Positions 25,798-37,400 of a stretch of 64,000 bases of DNA are shown piece by piece. The stretch is from Acidobacteriota bacterium (GTDB taxonomy: Bacteria > Acidobacteriota > UBA6911). Within the stretch, counting starts at the first letter, position 1; every line of letters starts with the position of its first letter. Location: the NCBI GenBank assembly GCA_963664705.1, contig OY761556.1, forward strand, positions 6,080,001 through 6,144,000. Reading direction: 5' to 3'. A program made the position numbers and the translations under genes. The notes under the pieces were generated by a model. That model was not told the DNA's origin. It saw only the letters and a program-made list of their open reading frames with translations, and made no database searches.

Positions 25798-28647
25798 TCA
25801 GTTGTTCTGCTGGATTCGCAGGAGAGCTTCGGTCAATTCCTTTATTGAAAATGGCTTTTGAAGGAAATGTGCCCTGGCTTGCGACAGATTTTCGCTGGAT
25901 ATGATCTCGGATGCCCAGCCGGAAACAAACAGGCATTTGAGATTTGGATGCCGGGCCAGCAGTACCTTGGCCAGTTCCTGCCCGTTCATTTCCGGCATCA
26001 CAAGATCTGTCATCAGGATGTCGATCTTTCCCGGATGCTCGTTAGCCAGGAGGATTGCTTCTTTGGGGTTGGGCGCGGATAGGACGTTGTATTTCTGCTG
26101 TTGGAGCATGAGAGTCGCCAGTCGCAGGACGGAAGGCTCATCCTCAACCAATAAAACCGTATTTTGAGTATTCTGGATCGGTTCGACCGGTTTTGAAGAT
26201 ATCTCGATTTCCTCCCCTTTGTGGCGAGGCAGATAAATTTCAAAGCGCGTTCCTTTCCCGGGTTGGCTGTTTACATCGATGTAGCCGCTATTCTGTTTGA
26301 CTATGCCATACACCGTCGCCAATCCAAGTCCTGTACCCTTGCCGAGTTCCTTGGTCGTAAAGAACGGCTCGAAGATATACCGGAGGATTTCTTCCTCCAT
26401 GCCGACACCCGTGTCGCTGACGGCCAGAAGCACATAATCTCCCGGCAGGCAGTTGCTGTGTGCGGAGCAATAGCTTTCATCCAGCCTTGTATTGGCTGTT
26501 TCTATGGTTAGCGTGCCGATGCCGTGAATGGCATCCCTGGCGTTGACCGCGAGATTCGCCATGATCTGATCGATCTGTGAAGGATCCATTTCAACCAGCC
26601 AGAGGTCATGACCGGGATTCCACACCATTTTGATATCTTCACCAATCAGCCGTTGGAGCATCCTTGCCATGCCCGATACCGTCTGATTCAGGTCCAAGGC
26701 TCTGGGGACAACGGTTTGTTTTCGCGCAAATGCCAGCAACTGCCGAGTGAGGTCCGCAGAGCGTTGCGCCGCCTTTTGAATTTCAGTCAAATCTTCATGC
26801 AGAGGTTGGGTTGGATCGGTCTGTTCCAGTGCCAGCTCGGTATGTCCAAGGATAACTCCAAGCATATTGTTGAAATCATGTGCCACGCCTCCGGCAAGGC
26901 GCCCCACCGACTCCAGCTTCTGCGCATGCTGCAGCTGTTCTTCCAGTCTGGACCGCTCCTCTTCCGCGGTGTGTCGTTCGGTTACATCCTGCACTGTCGA
27001 AACCATCAAGTTCTGGTCATAGAGTGGGATGTTGATAGCACAGACAAATCTCTTTTCGCCACTGGCGGTTGTAATCGGTACGTCGTCCCATCGCAAACGG
27101 GATGGATCGCCGCTGGCCATGTCCGCCATGACACGCGTGCGCAACTGTTCGCGGAATACCGGATCTGAATATACTTTTTCGAAGTATTCATCCACCGTCT
27201 GGAGACTGCCGTGCGGCACGCCGTAGATTTCCTCAAATTTCGAGCCCACAAATACAGTCCGCCCGTCGTGGATGGTATTTACCGCAAAACCGATAGGGGC
27301 GTTTTCGAGAATCTTTTCAATGAAGGAGTTCCTTTCCCGCAACGCTTTGTCGGCCAGTTTGCGCTCCGTGATATTTTCGCTGAAAATAATGATGCCGGCT
27401 ACCTGGCCGGCAGAATCGTGCCAGGGGTGTACTTCCCATCGAATCCATATCACAGTGCCGTCGGCCAGCTCGATCGAATCTTCTTCCGCGCGAACAACCT
27501 CGCCGGCCAACCCCCGTTGATGTGCCTCCCGCCAGCGCTCCGGCAATTCAGGAAGCAGGTCGTAGAGCACCAGGCCGCGCAGGTCGGTCTGAAGGAATCC
27601 ATTTTCCTTGACATAACGTTTGCTGGTGCTGATAAAGCGCATCTCACGATTGAACATGGCGATGGCAACCGGCGCGTTTTCGATAAACAGGCGCAGCCAT
27701 TGCTCCCTGTCCTTCAGCATCTTCTCCGCCTTCTTCAGTGCCGTAATGTCATGCAGCGTTACGAACACTTTATAAGGCTTCGTATGACCCTCTTTGAACA
27801 TGGGGGTCGCATTAATGCTCAGCCATACGAAATCATTCAAGCGCGGATTGAAAATGCCGGCCATCTGCTCCCGTATGGGTTTACCTGTCGCCATACACTG
27901 CATGGAAGGATGCTGTTCGCCGGGGATCTCCGTGCCGTCCTCGCGAATGACCCGCCAGTCGGGGTCCATGGAATCTCTGTTCAGGAACTGATCACGTGTG
28001 ATGCCGAAGAGATTCAGAATCGACGGATTGCAGTCTTCCAGCGCGCCATCGGACCGTTGATAAAAGGCCCCCTGAGCCATGTTTTCAAAAAGGGTCCTAT
28101 ATTTTGCTTCGCTATCAATCAGAGCGTCTTCCGTGCGCTTTCGTTCGGATATGTCCCGGCAGATACTTATGACAGCGGGTTTGCCCTGCCATTGAATGGC
28201 CCTGGCATTGACCTCGACGGGAATTCGCGTTCCATCCTTGCACAGCTGCGTTGTTTCGAACAGGACAACGCCCACTTCGGCCAGTTTTGTCAGGCGGTGA
28301 AGGCTGTCAAGATGACTGTCCGGTGCGTCCACCTCGTTGAGATTCTTGGTGATCAACTCTTCTCGCGTATAGCCAAGCTGGATGCAGGCGGGCAGGTTAA
28401 CCGCAAGAAGATTGGCTTCCATGTCCGTAATGAAAATTGCATCGGCTGCATTGTCAAACAGCACCCGATATCTGTCCTCGCTTTCGCGCAATGCGCTTTC
28501 TACGGGAGTGGGTGCGGTCGCATCGGAATGAACCTTTGATGTTCGGGTCGCAGGAGAAAGCAGCGATTCCAGTTCCTGGATTCGCGCTTTCAGGCTTGCG
28601 ATTTCTTCCGCCAACGCCGCTTTGCTTCGACTTGAATTGCCGGCCAT
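25798..28647 (-). CDS. Cytoplasmic hybrid sensor histidine kinase (4 PAS, HisKA, HATPase, receiver)
   Basis: PAS repeats, '[13 protein letters not shown]', 'NARDA', '[16 protein letters not shown]', receiver 'LLVEDE...[10 protein letters not shown]'. Confidence 0.93.
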   Translation of the reverse strand: MAGNSSRSKAALAEEIASLKARIQELESLLSPATRTSKVHSDATAPTPVESALRESEDRYRVLFDNAADAIFITDMEANLLAVNLPACIQLGYTREELITKNLNEVDAPDSHLDSLHRLTKLAEVGVVLFETTQLCKDGTRIPVEVNARAIQWQGKPAVISICRDISERKRTEDALIDSEAKYRTLFENMAQGAFYQRSDGALEDCNPSILNLFGITRDQFLNRDSMDPDWRVIREDGTEIPGEQHPSMQCMATGKPIREQMAGIFNPRLNDFVWLSINATPMFKEGHTKPYKVFVTLHDITALKKAEKMLKDREQWLRLFIENAPVAIAMFNREMRFISTSKRYVKENGFLQTDLRGLVLYDLLPELPERWREAHQRGLAGEVVRAEEDSIELADGTVIWIRWEVHPWHDSAGQVAGIIIFSENITERKLADKALRERNSFIEKILENAPIGFAVNTIHDGRTVFVGSKFEEIYGVPHGSLQTVDEYFEKVYSDPVFREQLRTRVMADMASGDPSRLRWDDVPITTASGEKRFVCAINIPLYDQNLMVSTVQDVTERHTAEEERSRLEEQLQHAQKLESVGRLAGGVAHDFNNMLGVILGHTELALEQTDPTQPLHEDLTEIQKAAQRSADLTRQLLAFARKQTVVPRALDLNQTVSGMARMLQRLIGEDIKMVWNPGHDLWLVEMDPSQIDQIMANLAVNARDAIHGIGTLTIETANTRLDESYCSAHSNCLPGDYVLLAVSDTGVGMEEEILRYIFEPFFTTKELGKGTGLGLATVYGIVKQNSGYIDVNSQPGKGTRFEIYLPRHKGEEIEISSKPVEPIQNTQNTVLLVEDEPSVLRLATLMLQQQKYNVLSAPNPKEAILLANEHPGKIDILMTDLVMPEMNGQELAKVLLARHPNLKCLFVSGWASEIISSENLSQARAHFLQKPFSIKELTEALLRIQQNN

Positions 28648-28863
28648 GCGAACCCCCAGACATCGATATGGAACCGGGAAAGTGATGGCATCTTACGTAA
28701 GATTTGATTGCACTGCAACTAAATGCGTGCAAAGAAAACAGTTCGCGGAGGAGGTGGCCGCGCTCTTGCTGGTGAGATGCCGAATGCTGCAGGATATTTG
28801 CTCAAGGAGCTTGGAAGCGCAATGCATATCAGCCCAGGGATTAGAGCATATGATATGCAGCCT

Positions 28864-28990
28864 TAGCCGGGATGGCGGCACTCCCAGCGAGTCCTCCCCA
28901 GTTTAGGTCTGGAATCTGGAATTTGGAATCTGAAATTCTGCAGATAATATGCGGCATTAGGTGAGACGCCGGCGCTCCCAATAGCTGCAT
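28864..28990 (+). repeat. ~125-bp composite REP-like repeat, copy 2
   Basis: TAGCCGGGATGGCGGCACTCCCAG...TCTGGAATCTGGAATTTGGAATCTGAAATTCTGCA...GACGCCGGCGCTCCCA, homologous to the reverse complement of 15154-15279. Confidence 0.75.
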
Positions 28991-29106
28991 TTCCGGTCGT
29001 TAGGGATGGCGGGGAAAAAAGGACGACCACCGGTTCGCCAGCTTTTCAACCAGGCAAGGACACTGATTATAAGAAAAGCTGGTGAACGAGTGGTATGTCC
29101 CGAAAC

Positions 29107-30186
29107 TTATCCGTTCTTCTTTTCGAATTCCTTCATGAATGCAACAAGTGCGTTGACGGATTCCAGGGTGATTACATTGTAGAGGCTCGCCCGGATGCCA
29201 CCAACGGAGCGATGTCCTTTCAGGCCGATGAGCCCTTCTTTCTTGGCCTTTGAAACAAACTCCTCCTCCAGAGGCTCGCTCGGCAATCTCCACACGATAT
29301 TCATTGTGGACCGGTGCTCCTTTTTGACGGGGGAGCGCCAGAATTCGCTGGAGTCGATGGTCTGGTAGATCGCGGCGGCCTTTTGTTCATTCACTTTCTG
29401 TATCGCCGCAACGCCGCCCTGAGCTTCGAGCCAGTCGCAGGTCAGCATGGTCATGTACACTCCCCAGGTGTTCGGAGTGTTATAGAGGCTGTTTTCCTTT
29501 ATGTGTGTGGAGTAGCGCAAAATGACCGGCACCTCTGCCGGAGCACGGTCGGCCAGCTCTTTTTGCATGATAATGACGGCCATTCCTGAGGGGCCGATGT
29601 TTTTCTGCGCGCCTGCATAGATGAGCCCGAATTGACGCACGTCAATCGTGCGGGAAAGTATGTCGCTCGACATATCTACGAAGAGCGGTGTGCTTGTTTT
29701 TGGATATTCCGGCCACTGAATTCCGTTGATGGTCTCGTTGGAGCAGATGTGGACGAATTCGGCATCCGGCTTCAAATTCAATTCTCCAAAGTCCGGAATG
29801 CGTGAGTAGCTGTCCTTTTTGCCGCTCCAGGCGACGTTGACGGCGCCCAGGATCTTGGCTTCGCCGATCGCTTTCGATGCCCAGCTTCCCGTATCCACAT
29901 AGTCCGCGCTCTTTCCTGGTCTCCTGAGATTCATGGGAAGCATAGCGAACTGAAGGCTGGCGCCGCCTTGAAGAAACAGAACCGCATAATCATCCGGAAT
30001 ATTGAGCAGACGGCGCATCCCCGATTCCGCCTTGCCGATGATGTCCTCGAACTGTTTGGAACGATGGGACATCTCCATCACGGACATGCCTGTGCCGGCC
30101 ATCTCCATTAATTCCGATTTTGCTTTCTCCAGTACTGGTTCCGGAATGGCGGCCGGGCCCGCATTAAAATTATGTACACGTGCCAT
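29107..30186 (-). CDS. serC: Phosphoserine aminotransferase
   Basis: 'NFNAGPAAIP', 'EMSHRS', 'FLQGGASLQF', 'DMSSD', 'YAGAQKNIGPSG', 'GHRSVGGIRASLYN'. Confidence 0.97.
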   Translation of the reverse strand: MARVHNFNAGPAAIPEPVLEKAKSELMEMAGTGMSVMEMSHRSKQFEDIIGKAESGMRRLLNIPDDYAVLFLQGGASLQFAMLPMNLRRPGKSADYVDTGSWASKAIGEAKILGAVNVAWSGKKDSYSRIPDFGELNLKPDAEFVHICSNETINGIQWPEYPKTSTPLFVDMSSDILSRTIDVRQFGLIYAGAQKNIGPSGMAVIIMQKELADRAPAEVPVILRYSTHIKENSLYNTPNTWGVYMTMLTCDWLEAQGGVAAIQKVNEQKAAAIYQTIDSSEFWRSPVKKEHRSTMNIVWRLPSEPLEEEFVSKAKKEGLIGLKGHRSVGGIRASLYNVITLESVNALVAFMKEFEKKNG

Positions 30187-30366
30187 AAGATGACTCCTGC
30201 TCCTTTGGATACATCGGCTTATATTACTAAAATAGTGGGAACTCTACGAGCATTGAATGGCTTTTTGCCTAAAAGACAAGCGGCCTGAGATAGTCGTCAG
30301 GATTTCGTGCCTATGCGCCATCTGTGATAAAATCCGCCCACACTGACCCCATAAACGGAGGATCGT

Positions 30367-30999
30367 ATGGCAGAAGATTCAGAAGACAAACGCCAAGGTG
30401 CGCTCTCTGGAATCAGTCGAAGAGGATTCCTGAGTTCCGTAAGCGCCGGCGCCGTAGTGGCCGCATCACTCAAAGACGCTCCAGTGGCCGAAGCCCAGGA
30501 GATTGAGGTGACGGGAAAGCCCGTCACGATCAGCCTCCTCGTCAACGGCAGTACCCGGAAGATATTGGTAGAGCCCCGCTGGTCGCTGGTATATGTGCTG
30601 CGCGAAGTTCTTGGGCTTACCGGGACCAAAATCGGCTGTGAGCGCGGCGAGTGCGGAGCCTGTACCGTGCTGATTGACGGGAAACCACGCTATTCCTGCA
30701 TGACTCTCGCGGTCGAGGCTGAAGGGCACGAGATTACGACCATTGAAGGGTTGATGACGGGCGATAGGCTGGGCCCCGTGCAGCAGGCCTTTGCGGATGA
30801 GGATGCGTTCCAATGCGGATTCTGCACGCCCGGACAGATTATGGCTGTTGAGGGAATGTTGCGCCGTAATCCGAATCCAACGATTGACGAGATACGGACC
30901 GGCGTCAGCGGGAATCTCTGCCGATGCGGTGCCTATAAGCCAATTTTCAAGGCTGCGGCCAAAGCGGCTGATTTGCGTAAACAGAAAGGAGGCGCGTAG
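30367..30999 (+). CDS. [2Fe-2S] subunit of a molybdo-flavoenzyme with Tat signal (PaoA/YagT-like)
   Basis: Twin-arginine 'SRRGFL' with an AEA cleavage site. 'GCERGECGACT', 'QCGFCTPG', 'GNLCRCG'. Confidence 0.92.
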   Translation: MAEDSEDKRQGALSGISRRGFLSSVSAGAVVAASLKDAPVAEAQEIEVTGKPVTISLLVNGSTRKILVEPRWSLVYVLREVLGLTGTKIGCERGECGACTVLIDGKPRYSCMTLAVEAEGHEITTIEGLMTGDRLGPVQQAFADEDAFQCGFCTPGQIMAVEGMLRRNPNPTIDEIRTGVSGNLCRCGAYKPIFKAAAKAADLRKQKGGA

Positions 31000-33317
31000 T
31001 GACCGAATTTTACGACAGACTCGAGGAAGATTTCCGGAACAGCTTCCAGCCTCCCGCTCCCGTGGATGAAAAAATGCCTTCCTGGGGCGAAACAAAGATT
31101 GTTGGCAAAGCATTGCCTCGCGTGGATGCTTTCGACCGGGTTTCCGGCAAGGCGGAGTTTACCTACGATGTCATCCTGCCGGATATGGTGTACGGTGCGA
31201 CTCTGCGCTGTCCGCATGCACATGCCAACGTAAAGAACATCGATACCAGCGCCGCGGAAAAGATGCCCGGGGTTGTGGCCATTATTACCGGAAAGTCTGC
31301 GGGTGCGGATATCGGTTGGTATGGAATGGGATTTGGCGGCGGCCCCTTGCAGAGCAAGCTTTTTGATCCGCACTGCCGGTATCAGGGGGACGAGGTGGCC
31401 GCGGTAGCCGCCCAAACCCCGTATCAGGCCTGGGACGCGGTCAAGGCTATCAAAGTAGAATACGAGGTACTTCCCTCCGTAGTGGATGAAGAAACAGCAA
31501 TGAAGCCGGAAGCGCCAAAACTCTTTGATGGCGGCAATTCAACCGGCAAGCCGACGCCTCAGAAACGCGGTGACGTGGACAAAGGATTTGCCGAAGCCGA
31601 TGTTGTTCTCGAAGAGACCTTCACGACCAGCGTCCAACTGCATGCTCCCATCGAGACTCACGGTTCGGTTGTGAAGTGGGAGGGGGAAAAGATAACTATC
31701 TGGGATTCCTCGCAGGGAGTCTATGACGCTGCCATGCTCTCGTTCGCCAGAACGATGAAAATGCCCTACAACAATGTGCGGGTAATTTGCCGGTATGTCG
31801 GCGGAGCATTTGGTGCAAAACTCGAGCTCGGTAAATACACCGTAATGGCGGCGCTTCTATCGAAGACGGCTTCCAAGCCGGTCAAGATGATGCTTACGCG
31901 GGAGGAAAACCTTCTCGCCATGGGTAATCGACCCGGCGCAAAAATGGCAGTGAAGGCCGGAGTGAAGAAAGACGGGACTTTGACTGCGCTGCAGCTTAAC
32001 AGCGTGTATACGCCGGGGGCTTACTCCTCGGGAGCCACATTCGGGTTTCTATTCCAGGAGCTTTATAAATGCCCCAATGTTTCGGTTACGGAATCCGGCG
32101 TTTATACCAATGCCGGTCGCGCCCGTGCTTTCCGGGCTCCCGGATTCCCAACGGGCGCTTGGGCCCTGGAGCAGATGATGGACATGCTGGCTGAGAAGAT
32201 AGGCATGGATCCTCTTGAAATCCGCCTCAAGAACTTCACCGATATCAGCCAGTCGAGAAGATCGCCCTATTGCAGTGCCGGATTGAAAGACTGCCTCGTC
32301 GAAGGTTCGAAAAAGTTCGGCTGGAAAGAGGCGCGAGCCGGCAAGAAGAATGAAGGACACATCAAACGCGGGTTTGGAATGGCCTCCGGCACCTGGATGC
32401 TGGGATCCGGTGGCCCCCCCTATACGGCCGAGGTCAGGATGTTTTCCGATGGCGGAGTCACGATAAAAACCGGGGCAATGGATTTGGGCACGGGAACCAA
32501 GACGGGGGCGGCGATGGTGGCCGCCGAGGAACTTGGGATCCCGGTGGAAAATGTTCGCGTTATCAACGCCGACACCGCGATTACGCCTTACGGCGGGAGC
32601 AGCGGCGGCAGTATGACACTGGCGAGTCTGGTGCCGGCGGTTCGACGCGGTGCCTGGCTTGTCAAAAAACAGGTTTTCGATTGGGCGGCGGAATCCATCG
32701 GTTTGCCGGCTGACGATCTGGAATTCAAGGGCAGCGCCATTGTCAGCCGATCCACACCGGACAAGAAAAAATCCCTGGAGGAGCTCTTCCGATCCAAGGG
32801 TGTGATGGATGTTATCGCGATCGGAAACAGAGAACAAAACCCGGCAGGGAAGGTGGTGATGCCGTTTTCCGCTCAGTTTGCCGAGGTCGAGGTCAATACT
32901 CGTACCGGTGAGGTCAAGGTTGTTCGCCTGGTATCGGCAAACGACAGCGGTCGGGTTATCAACCGTAAGACCTACGAGAACCAGGTCTATGGCGGGATGA
33001 CCCAGGGACTTGGGTATGCATTGACAGAGAAGCGGGTAATGGACCGGCAGACCGGGAAAATGTGCAATGTCAATTTTCATGATTATAAAGTTCCCGGCGC
33101 CCTCGATGTTCCCGTGAATCACGAAGTTCAGCCTGTCGATCTCAAAGACAACGAATGCAATAACGTCGGCTGCAAGGGTTTGGGCGAGCCGGCGCACGTT
33201 CCAGCGGCAGCGGCCATTGCCAACGCTATCTACGATGCCATCGGAGTTCGCCCGACCAGCGGACCGGTTGACAATCGGATGGTGCTTGAACTGCTCAGCA
33301 AGAAGAAAAGGGGATGA
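30999..33317 (+). CDS. Molybdopterin-binding subunit, xanthine dehydrogenase/aldehyde oxidoreductase family (PaoC-like)
   Basis: GTG start overlapping the upstream stop. 'GGAFGAK', 'AFRAPG', 'DLGTGT', 'SGGS', 'QVYGG', 'KGLGEP'. Confidence 0.92.
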   Translation: MTEFYDRLEEDFRNSFQPPAPVDEKMPSWGETKIVGKALPRVDAFDRVSGKAEFTYDVILPDMVYGATLRCPHAHANVKNIDTSAAEKMPGVVAIITGKSAGADIGWYGMGFGGGPLQSKLFDPHCRYQGDEVAAVAAQTPYQAWDAVKAIKVEYEVLPSVVDEETAMKPEAPKLFDGGNSTGKPTPQKRGDVDKGFAEADVVLEETFTTSVQLHAPIETHGSVVKWEGEKITIWDSSQGVYDAAMLSFARTMKMPYNNVRVICRYVGGAFGAKLELGKYTVMAALLSKTASKPVKMMLTREENLLAMGNRPGAKMAVKAGVKKDGTLTALQLNSVYTPGAYSSGATFGFLFQELYKCPNVSVTESGVYTNAGRARAFRAPGFPTGAWALEQMMDMLAEKIGMDPLEIRLKNFTDISQSRRSPYCSAGLKDCLVEGSKKFGWKEARAGKKNEGHIKRGFGMASGTWMLGSGGPPYTAEVRMFSDGGVTIKTGAMDLGTGTKTGAAMVAAEELGIPVENVRVINADTAITPYGGSSGGSMTLASLVPAVRRGAWLVKKQVFDWAAESIGLPADDLEFKGSAIVSRSTPDKKKSLEELFRSKGVMDVIAIGNREQNPAGKVVMPFSAQFAEVEVNTRTGEVKVVRLVSANDSGRVINRKTYENQVYGGMTQGLGYALTEKRVMDRQTGKMCNVNFHDYKVPGALDVPVNHEVQPVDLKDNECNNVGCKGLGEPAHVPAAAAIANAIYDAIGVRPTSGPVDNRMVLELLSKKKRG

Positions 33318-33320
33318 GCC

Positions 33321-34292
33321 ATGATAAAGAACTTCAGTTATATAAAGGCGGGCTCACTGGCAGAAGCGATAAAGGCTCTGGCCGTGAAAGGAACCGGGTT
33401 GCACGCAGGCGGTACCGATCTCCTGGGGTGCCTCAGAGATGAAATATTGCCAATAGAGCGCGTTGTCAGCGTCAGCGGGCTGAAGGAGCTGAAAGGGATT
33501 TCCGCCAGAGCGGATGGCGGCTTGAAGATTGGGGCTCTGACAACCCTGGCGGAAATAGCTGCCAATCCTTCCGTGACGGAAAAGTATCCTGTTCTCGCGC
33601 AGGCTGCCGCATCGGTAGGGACTCCCCAGATTCGCGAGCAGGGAACCCTCGGCGGCAACCTGTGCCAGCGGCCGCGGTGCTGGTATTTTCGCAGTGATCT
33701 TGCGTGTCTGAAAAAGGGCGGAAGTACCTGTTATGCATTTAGCGGGGAAAACCAGTACCATGCAATTTTGGGTGCCGGCCCGTGTTTTGCGGTTCATCCC
33801 TCGGATGTGGCCGTTGCGCTCGTGGCCTTGCAGGCTCAGTTCACGATCGCCGGTGCTTCGGCAGCCAGGACGGTGAAAGCGGAGGAATTCTTTGTCGGTC
33901 CGGGAAAGAGTGCCGCAAAGGAAAACATTCTATTGCCGGGCGAAATTGTGACGGGAGTTCAGATTCCGCCAATCAGCGGGAAGGTAAAATGTGCCTACCG
34001 TAAAGTGCGGACTCGAGGCTCCTGGGATTTTGCGCAGGCGAGCGTTGCCGCTGTAGTTGTCTTTGAGAACGATGTGGTTAGGGCCGCAAGGATTGTGCTC
34101 GGTGGAGTCGCCCCGGTTCCTTGGCGAGCGGAGGCTGCTGAGAAACTTGCTGTCGGCAAAAAGCTGGATGCAGTCACAGTCGCGGCCGTGGCGGATGCGT
34201 CCGCCGCCGGGGCCAGGCCTCTGAAAGATAACGGATACAAAGTGGCAATGGTGAAGGGCGCCGTCGAGGAATTGTTAACCGCTTTTGTTTAG
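33321..34292 (+). CDS. FAD-binding subunit with [4Fe-4S] insert (PaoB/YagS-like)
   Basis: 'AGGTDLL', 'TLGGNLCQRPRCWYFR...C.....TC...GPC..VHPSD'. Confidence 0.92.
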   Translation: MIKNFSYIKAGSLAEAIKALAVKGTGLHAGGTDLLGCLRDEILPIERVVSVSGLKELKGISARADGGLKIGALTTLAEIAANPSVTEKYPVLAQAAASVGTPQIREQGTLGGNLCQRPRCWYFRSDLACLKKGGSTCYAFSGENQYHAILGAGPCFAVHPSDVAVALVALQAQFTIAGASAARTVKAEEFFVGPGKSAAKENILLPGEIVTGVQIPPISGKVKCAYRKVRTRGSWDFAQASVAAVVVFENDVVRAARIVLGGVAPVPWRAEAAEKLAVGKKLDAVTVAAVADASAAGARPLKDNGYKVAMVKGAVEELLTAFV

Positions 34293-34351
34293 GCTTCAAT
34301 TTCGTACCGGGGTTGGTTCAAAAGGCCGACCCCGATACCGACCCCGATTCC

Positions 34352-34385
34352 GAAATCGTCAATCATCTATCGTAAATCGTAAATC
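34352..34385. repeat. Degenerate heptamer tandem repeat
   Basis: AATCGTC AATCATC TATCGTA AATCGTA AATC. Confidence 0.6.
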
Positions 34386-34386
34386 C

Positions 34387-34425
34387 AAAAAAAAACTCCC
34401 CTGCAGGTTCAACCTGCAGGGGAGT
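34387..34425 (-). terminator. Intrinsic terminator of the TonB-dependent receptor gene
   Basis: ACTCCCCTGCAGG / CCTGCAGGGGAGT 13-bp stem with an A9 run on + (U tract on -). Confidence 0.9.
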
Positions 34426-34452
34426 CCTGTTTACACAGGTTTTAAGATTCGA

Positions 34453-37400
34453 TTAGAAGTCCAAACGAATCTTGGCTTGGAATGTACGGGCTCCAACCTT
34501 CGAGCTCATGTAACCCAACGGGCGGTACATATAGGAAGCGTCCGTCGCGTCGTAGTAGTAGCCCATGGTGGCAACCGGTGATCCGGGCACTCTCGTGCGG
34601 ACCACGCCGGACTGGGAAGCACCGGCAGTTGGCTGGCCATGATTGAAGATGTTGGTCGCGTCAACACGGATCTGAAGGGTCTTGCCCTCAGTCAGCTTGA
34701 CCGCTTTCGACATCGCCATATCCGCGCTCCAGATTCCAGGCTGTCTCAGGGACATCATCCCAAAGTTGCCGCGCTGGGTCGGGTACGGGTTGACAAAGAT
34801 AAGCTGAGACTGATCGCTGGCGAGAGCCACGGCGCGCAATGTGCACTGAGTCCGCAAATTCTGGGCGGTCGAGACACTGTTGCACTGCGGATCGGCGACG
34901 AGCGTGTACTTATCGGTTTTGGTCTGCGGATCATACCAGTAGCTTCCGGTGGATGCGCCGGGGTTCCAAACGACTTCACCCTGTCGATTGAAAGGTCCGA
35001 CCTGATCCGGCACGCCATTGGCATACAGCGATGTGTTTGTGGAAGCCAGTGTGAACGGTCTGCCGCTGGAAATGTTGGCGATCCAGCTCATCTGCCATCC
35101 ACCGGCGATGCGGGAAATAATCCCGTTGTTGGTGTTCAGAAGCGCACGGCCGGGACCAAAGGGCAGTTCGAAGGCGCCGTTGATCGCGAGAGCATGAGTG
35201 CGGTCCATGGTGTTCGGGCCGTAATCAAGAGCTCTGTTCCGCGGATCGGTGTATCCGAGCTGACCAAGGTTCTTGCTCCAGGTATAGGTGGCCTGGAAGT
35301 TGACGCCATGAGTCGGCCGCATGGTTACCTGAGTCTGCAACGAATGATAGTTGGAGTGGTTCAGGTTGCCTGTCCAGTTCGCGGTACCAAACTGCGGGCT
35401 GGTATAGATGAAGTTCTCGGGGAACTTGTTGTAGCGGAGCACCAGACCGCGCGTATCGGTGTCGATGGCGGGCAATCCGGAGTTTCCGGCGTTGGTCGTT
35501 ACGTAGTTCAACGTTGCCAGAGTCTGGGCCAGAGCGATGTAGTTGCCGTTGGCCAGGTTGGCGTTGGTGGACGAGTAGGCACGCAGATGCATGGCACCTG
35601 TCTGCGCTACGCCGTTGTAAACGGTACCGACCGGGCCGTAGCCGTAGCCGGCGATGTTGATGTTGTTGAACATCTTGTCCAGCAATGCGGATTCGCCGCC
35701 GGACCGGGCTGCGTCAAACGCTTCCTTCAGGCCATTGTTCCAGATGTTGGCAGCGTTGATGTTGAAGGTGCCCTGCTGCTTGCGCTGCAAGGTGCCGATG
35801 TAACGCACATCCAGGATAATGTTTGAAGTGATGTTGCGGGTCACCGACAGGTTCAGGTTCTGAACATAGGGTGTCCGCAATTCGGGATCATACACCGTGA
35901 CAGTCTGCGAACGCTGCTGCACAGGCATAATCGGGTTGGCGGCTACTGGAACGATGTAGCTGGGAATCGGCACTACCGGGAGCAAGCTGTTCAGATTGGA
36001 CAGGTTGATGTAAGGCATTGCCGTGTTCGGAGTGTAGCTGGTCTGATAGGAAATCTTCGGCATGGTGAAACCGGCTGCATCCGCTCTGCCCGCAGGCATG
36101 TAGCTCAGCTGGTAGCCGCCGCGGATAACGGTCTTGCCCTTACCGAACCAGGGGAGCTGGTAAGCGAAGCCGAATACGGGGCCGAAGTTGTTGAGATCAT
36201 CATTATAGATCTGCTGATCCGGATTCGCGGAATCCGGTCCGATGAATGCAAGTTCTACATCCGAACCTTTGTAGGTAACGGTGCCGTCGGCATTCATGGT
36301 TCCAGGCTTCATCCAGTCTTCGAAGCTGCTGCCGGAACGACCGAATACTTTGGTGGCTCCGCCCTTGAGACCTGCGGTCATGCCGCCCTTGATGTACGGA
36401 ACGCCGTACCAGTCATAGCGCATACCAAGGTTCAGGGTGAGGCTGTCGGTTACGCGCCAGTCATCCTGCATGAAGAAGCTCAGCTGGTTCTGACGGTAAT
36501 CGGTGATTCTCGTGTCCTCGCCTTTGGTGATGTCGTTGTAGGCTGTCGCCGTGGGCGTGTTGACGAAACGGAACTGATCAACGTTGGTAACGTTACCAGC
36601 GAAGACGTTCAACAGTCGGTAGGCACCAGGAATTACGTTACCCCAGTAGAGGCCGCCGGCCATGGTCGGCATAGCAGTGGCTGCGCCGAATGTGAACGGG
36701 TTATGGAATCCGGTATTGGCGCTGAAGCCGCTGGCTACAACGTCGCCGCCGCGTACGGACGGTCTGACATCGGTACCGGTCGTGAAAGAGAGAGCACCAT
36801 TGATCTCCTGATAGGATTTCGTGCGCTGGGTTTCAGCACCGAACCTGAAGGAGTGTCTGTTCTTGGTCCAGGTGATGGTATCGGCATAGGTGAACCGTGG
36901 ATCGTAGCCGCCCCAGGTTGCGCCGAAGTTGCCGCGTCCAGCACCCCAAACGTTGACGCCGCCGGCGATTGCGAAGCCGGCGCCGCTGGTCTGGCCGAGC
37001 CCGATGATAACCGGGATACCGGAAGATTGCGGATACAGGTCAAGCAACGTCTGTTTGAGCTTTTCGCCCGTTGCCGGGTTGCTCAGCGGGTTCCATACGT
37101 GGGACTGAGTTCTCATCATACCCACGCGGAACTCATTCAGCAGGGTCGGTTTCAGAGTAGAAACCAGGTTGACGGAGAAGCTCTGCGGTTTGCGTGTGAT
37201 GATGCCGCCGTAGCTGTTCTGCGGCAGCGTCGGGAAACTATCTTCACCGTGGTTGGTTTCCCAACTGTAGGTGCCGCTGATGCGGTGCATCGCGTTGAAG
37301 TTGTGGTCAATTCGGAAATTGATCTGTTTGCGGTTCGGGCCTTCACCCAGACCGTAAACGTTGTCGCCGCCGTCCAGATGACGAACCCAGCGATATCCCG

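Noticed and set aside
23491-33197. Other long antisense ORFs (23491-24579, 27211-28539, 32049-33197)
   Set aside because: Each fully overlaps a well-supported gene on the opposite strand.
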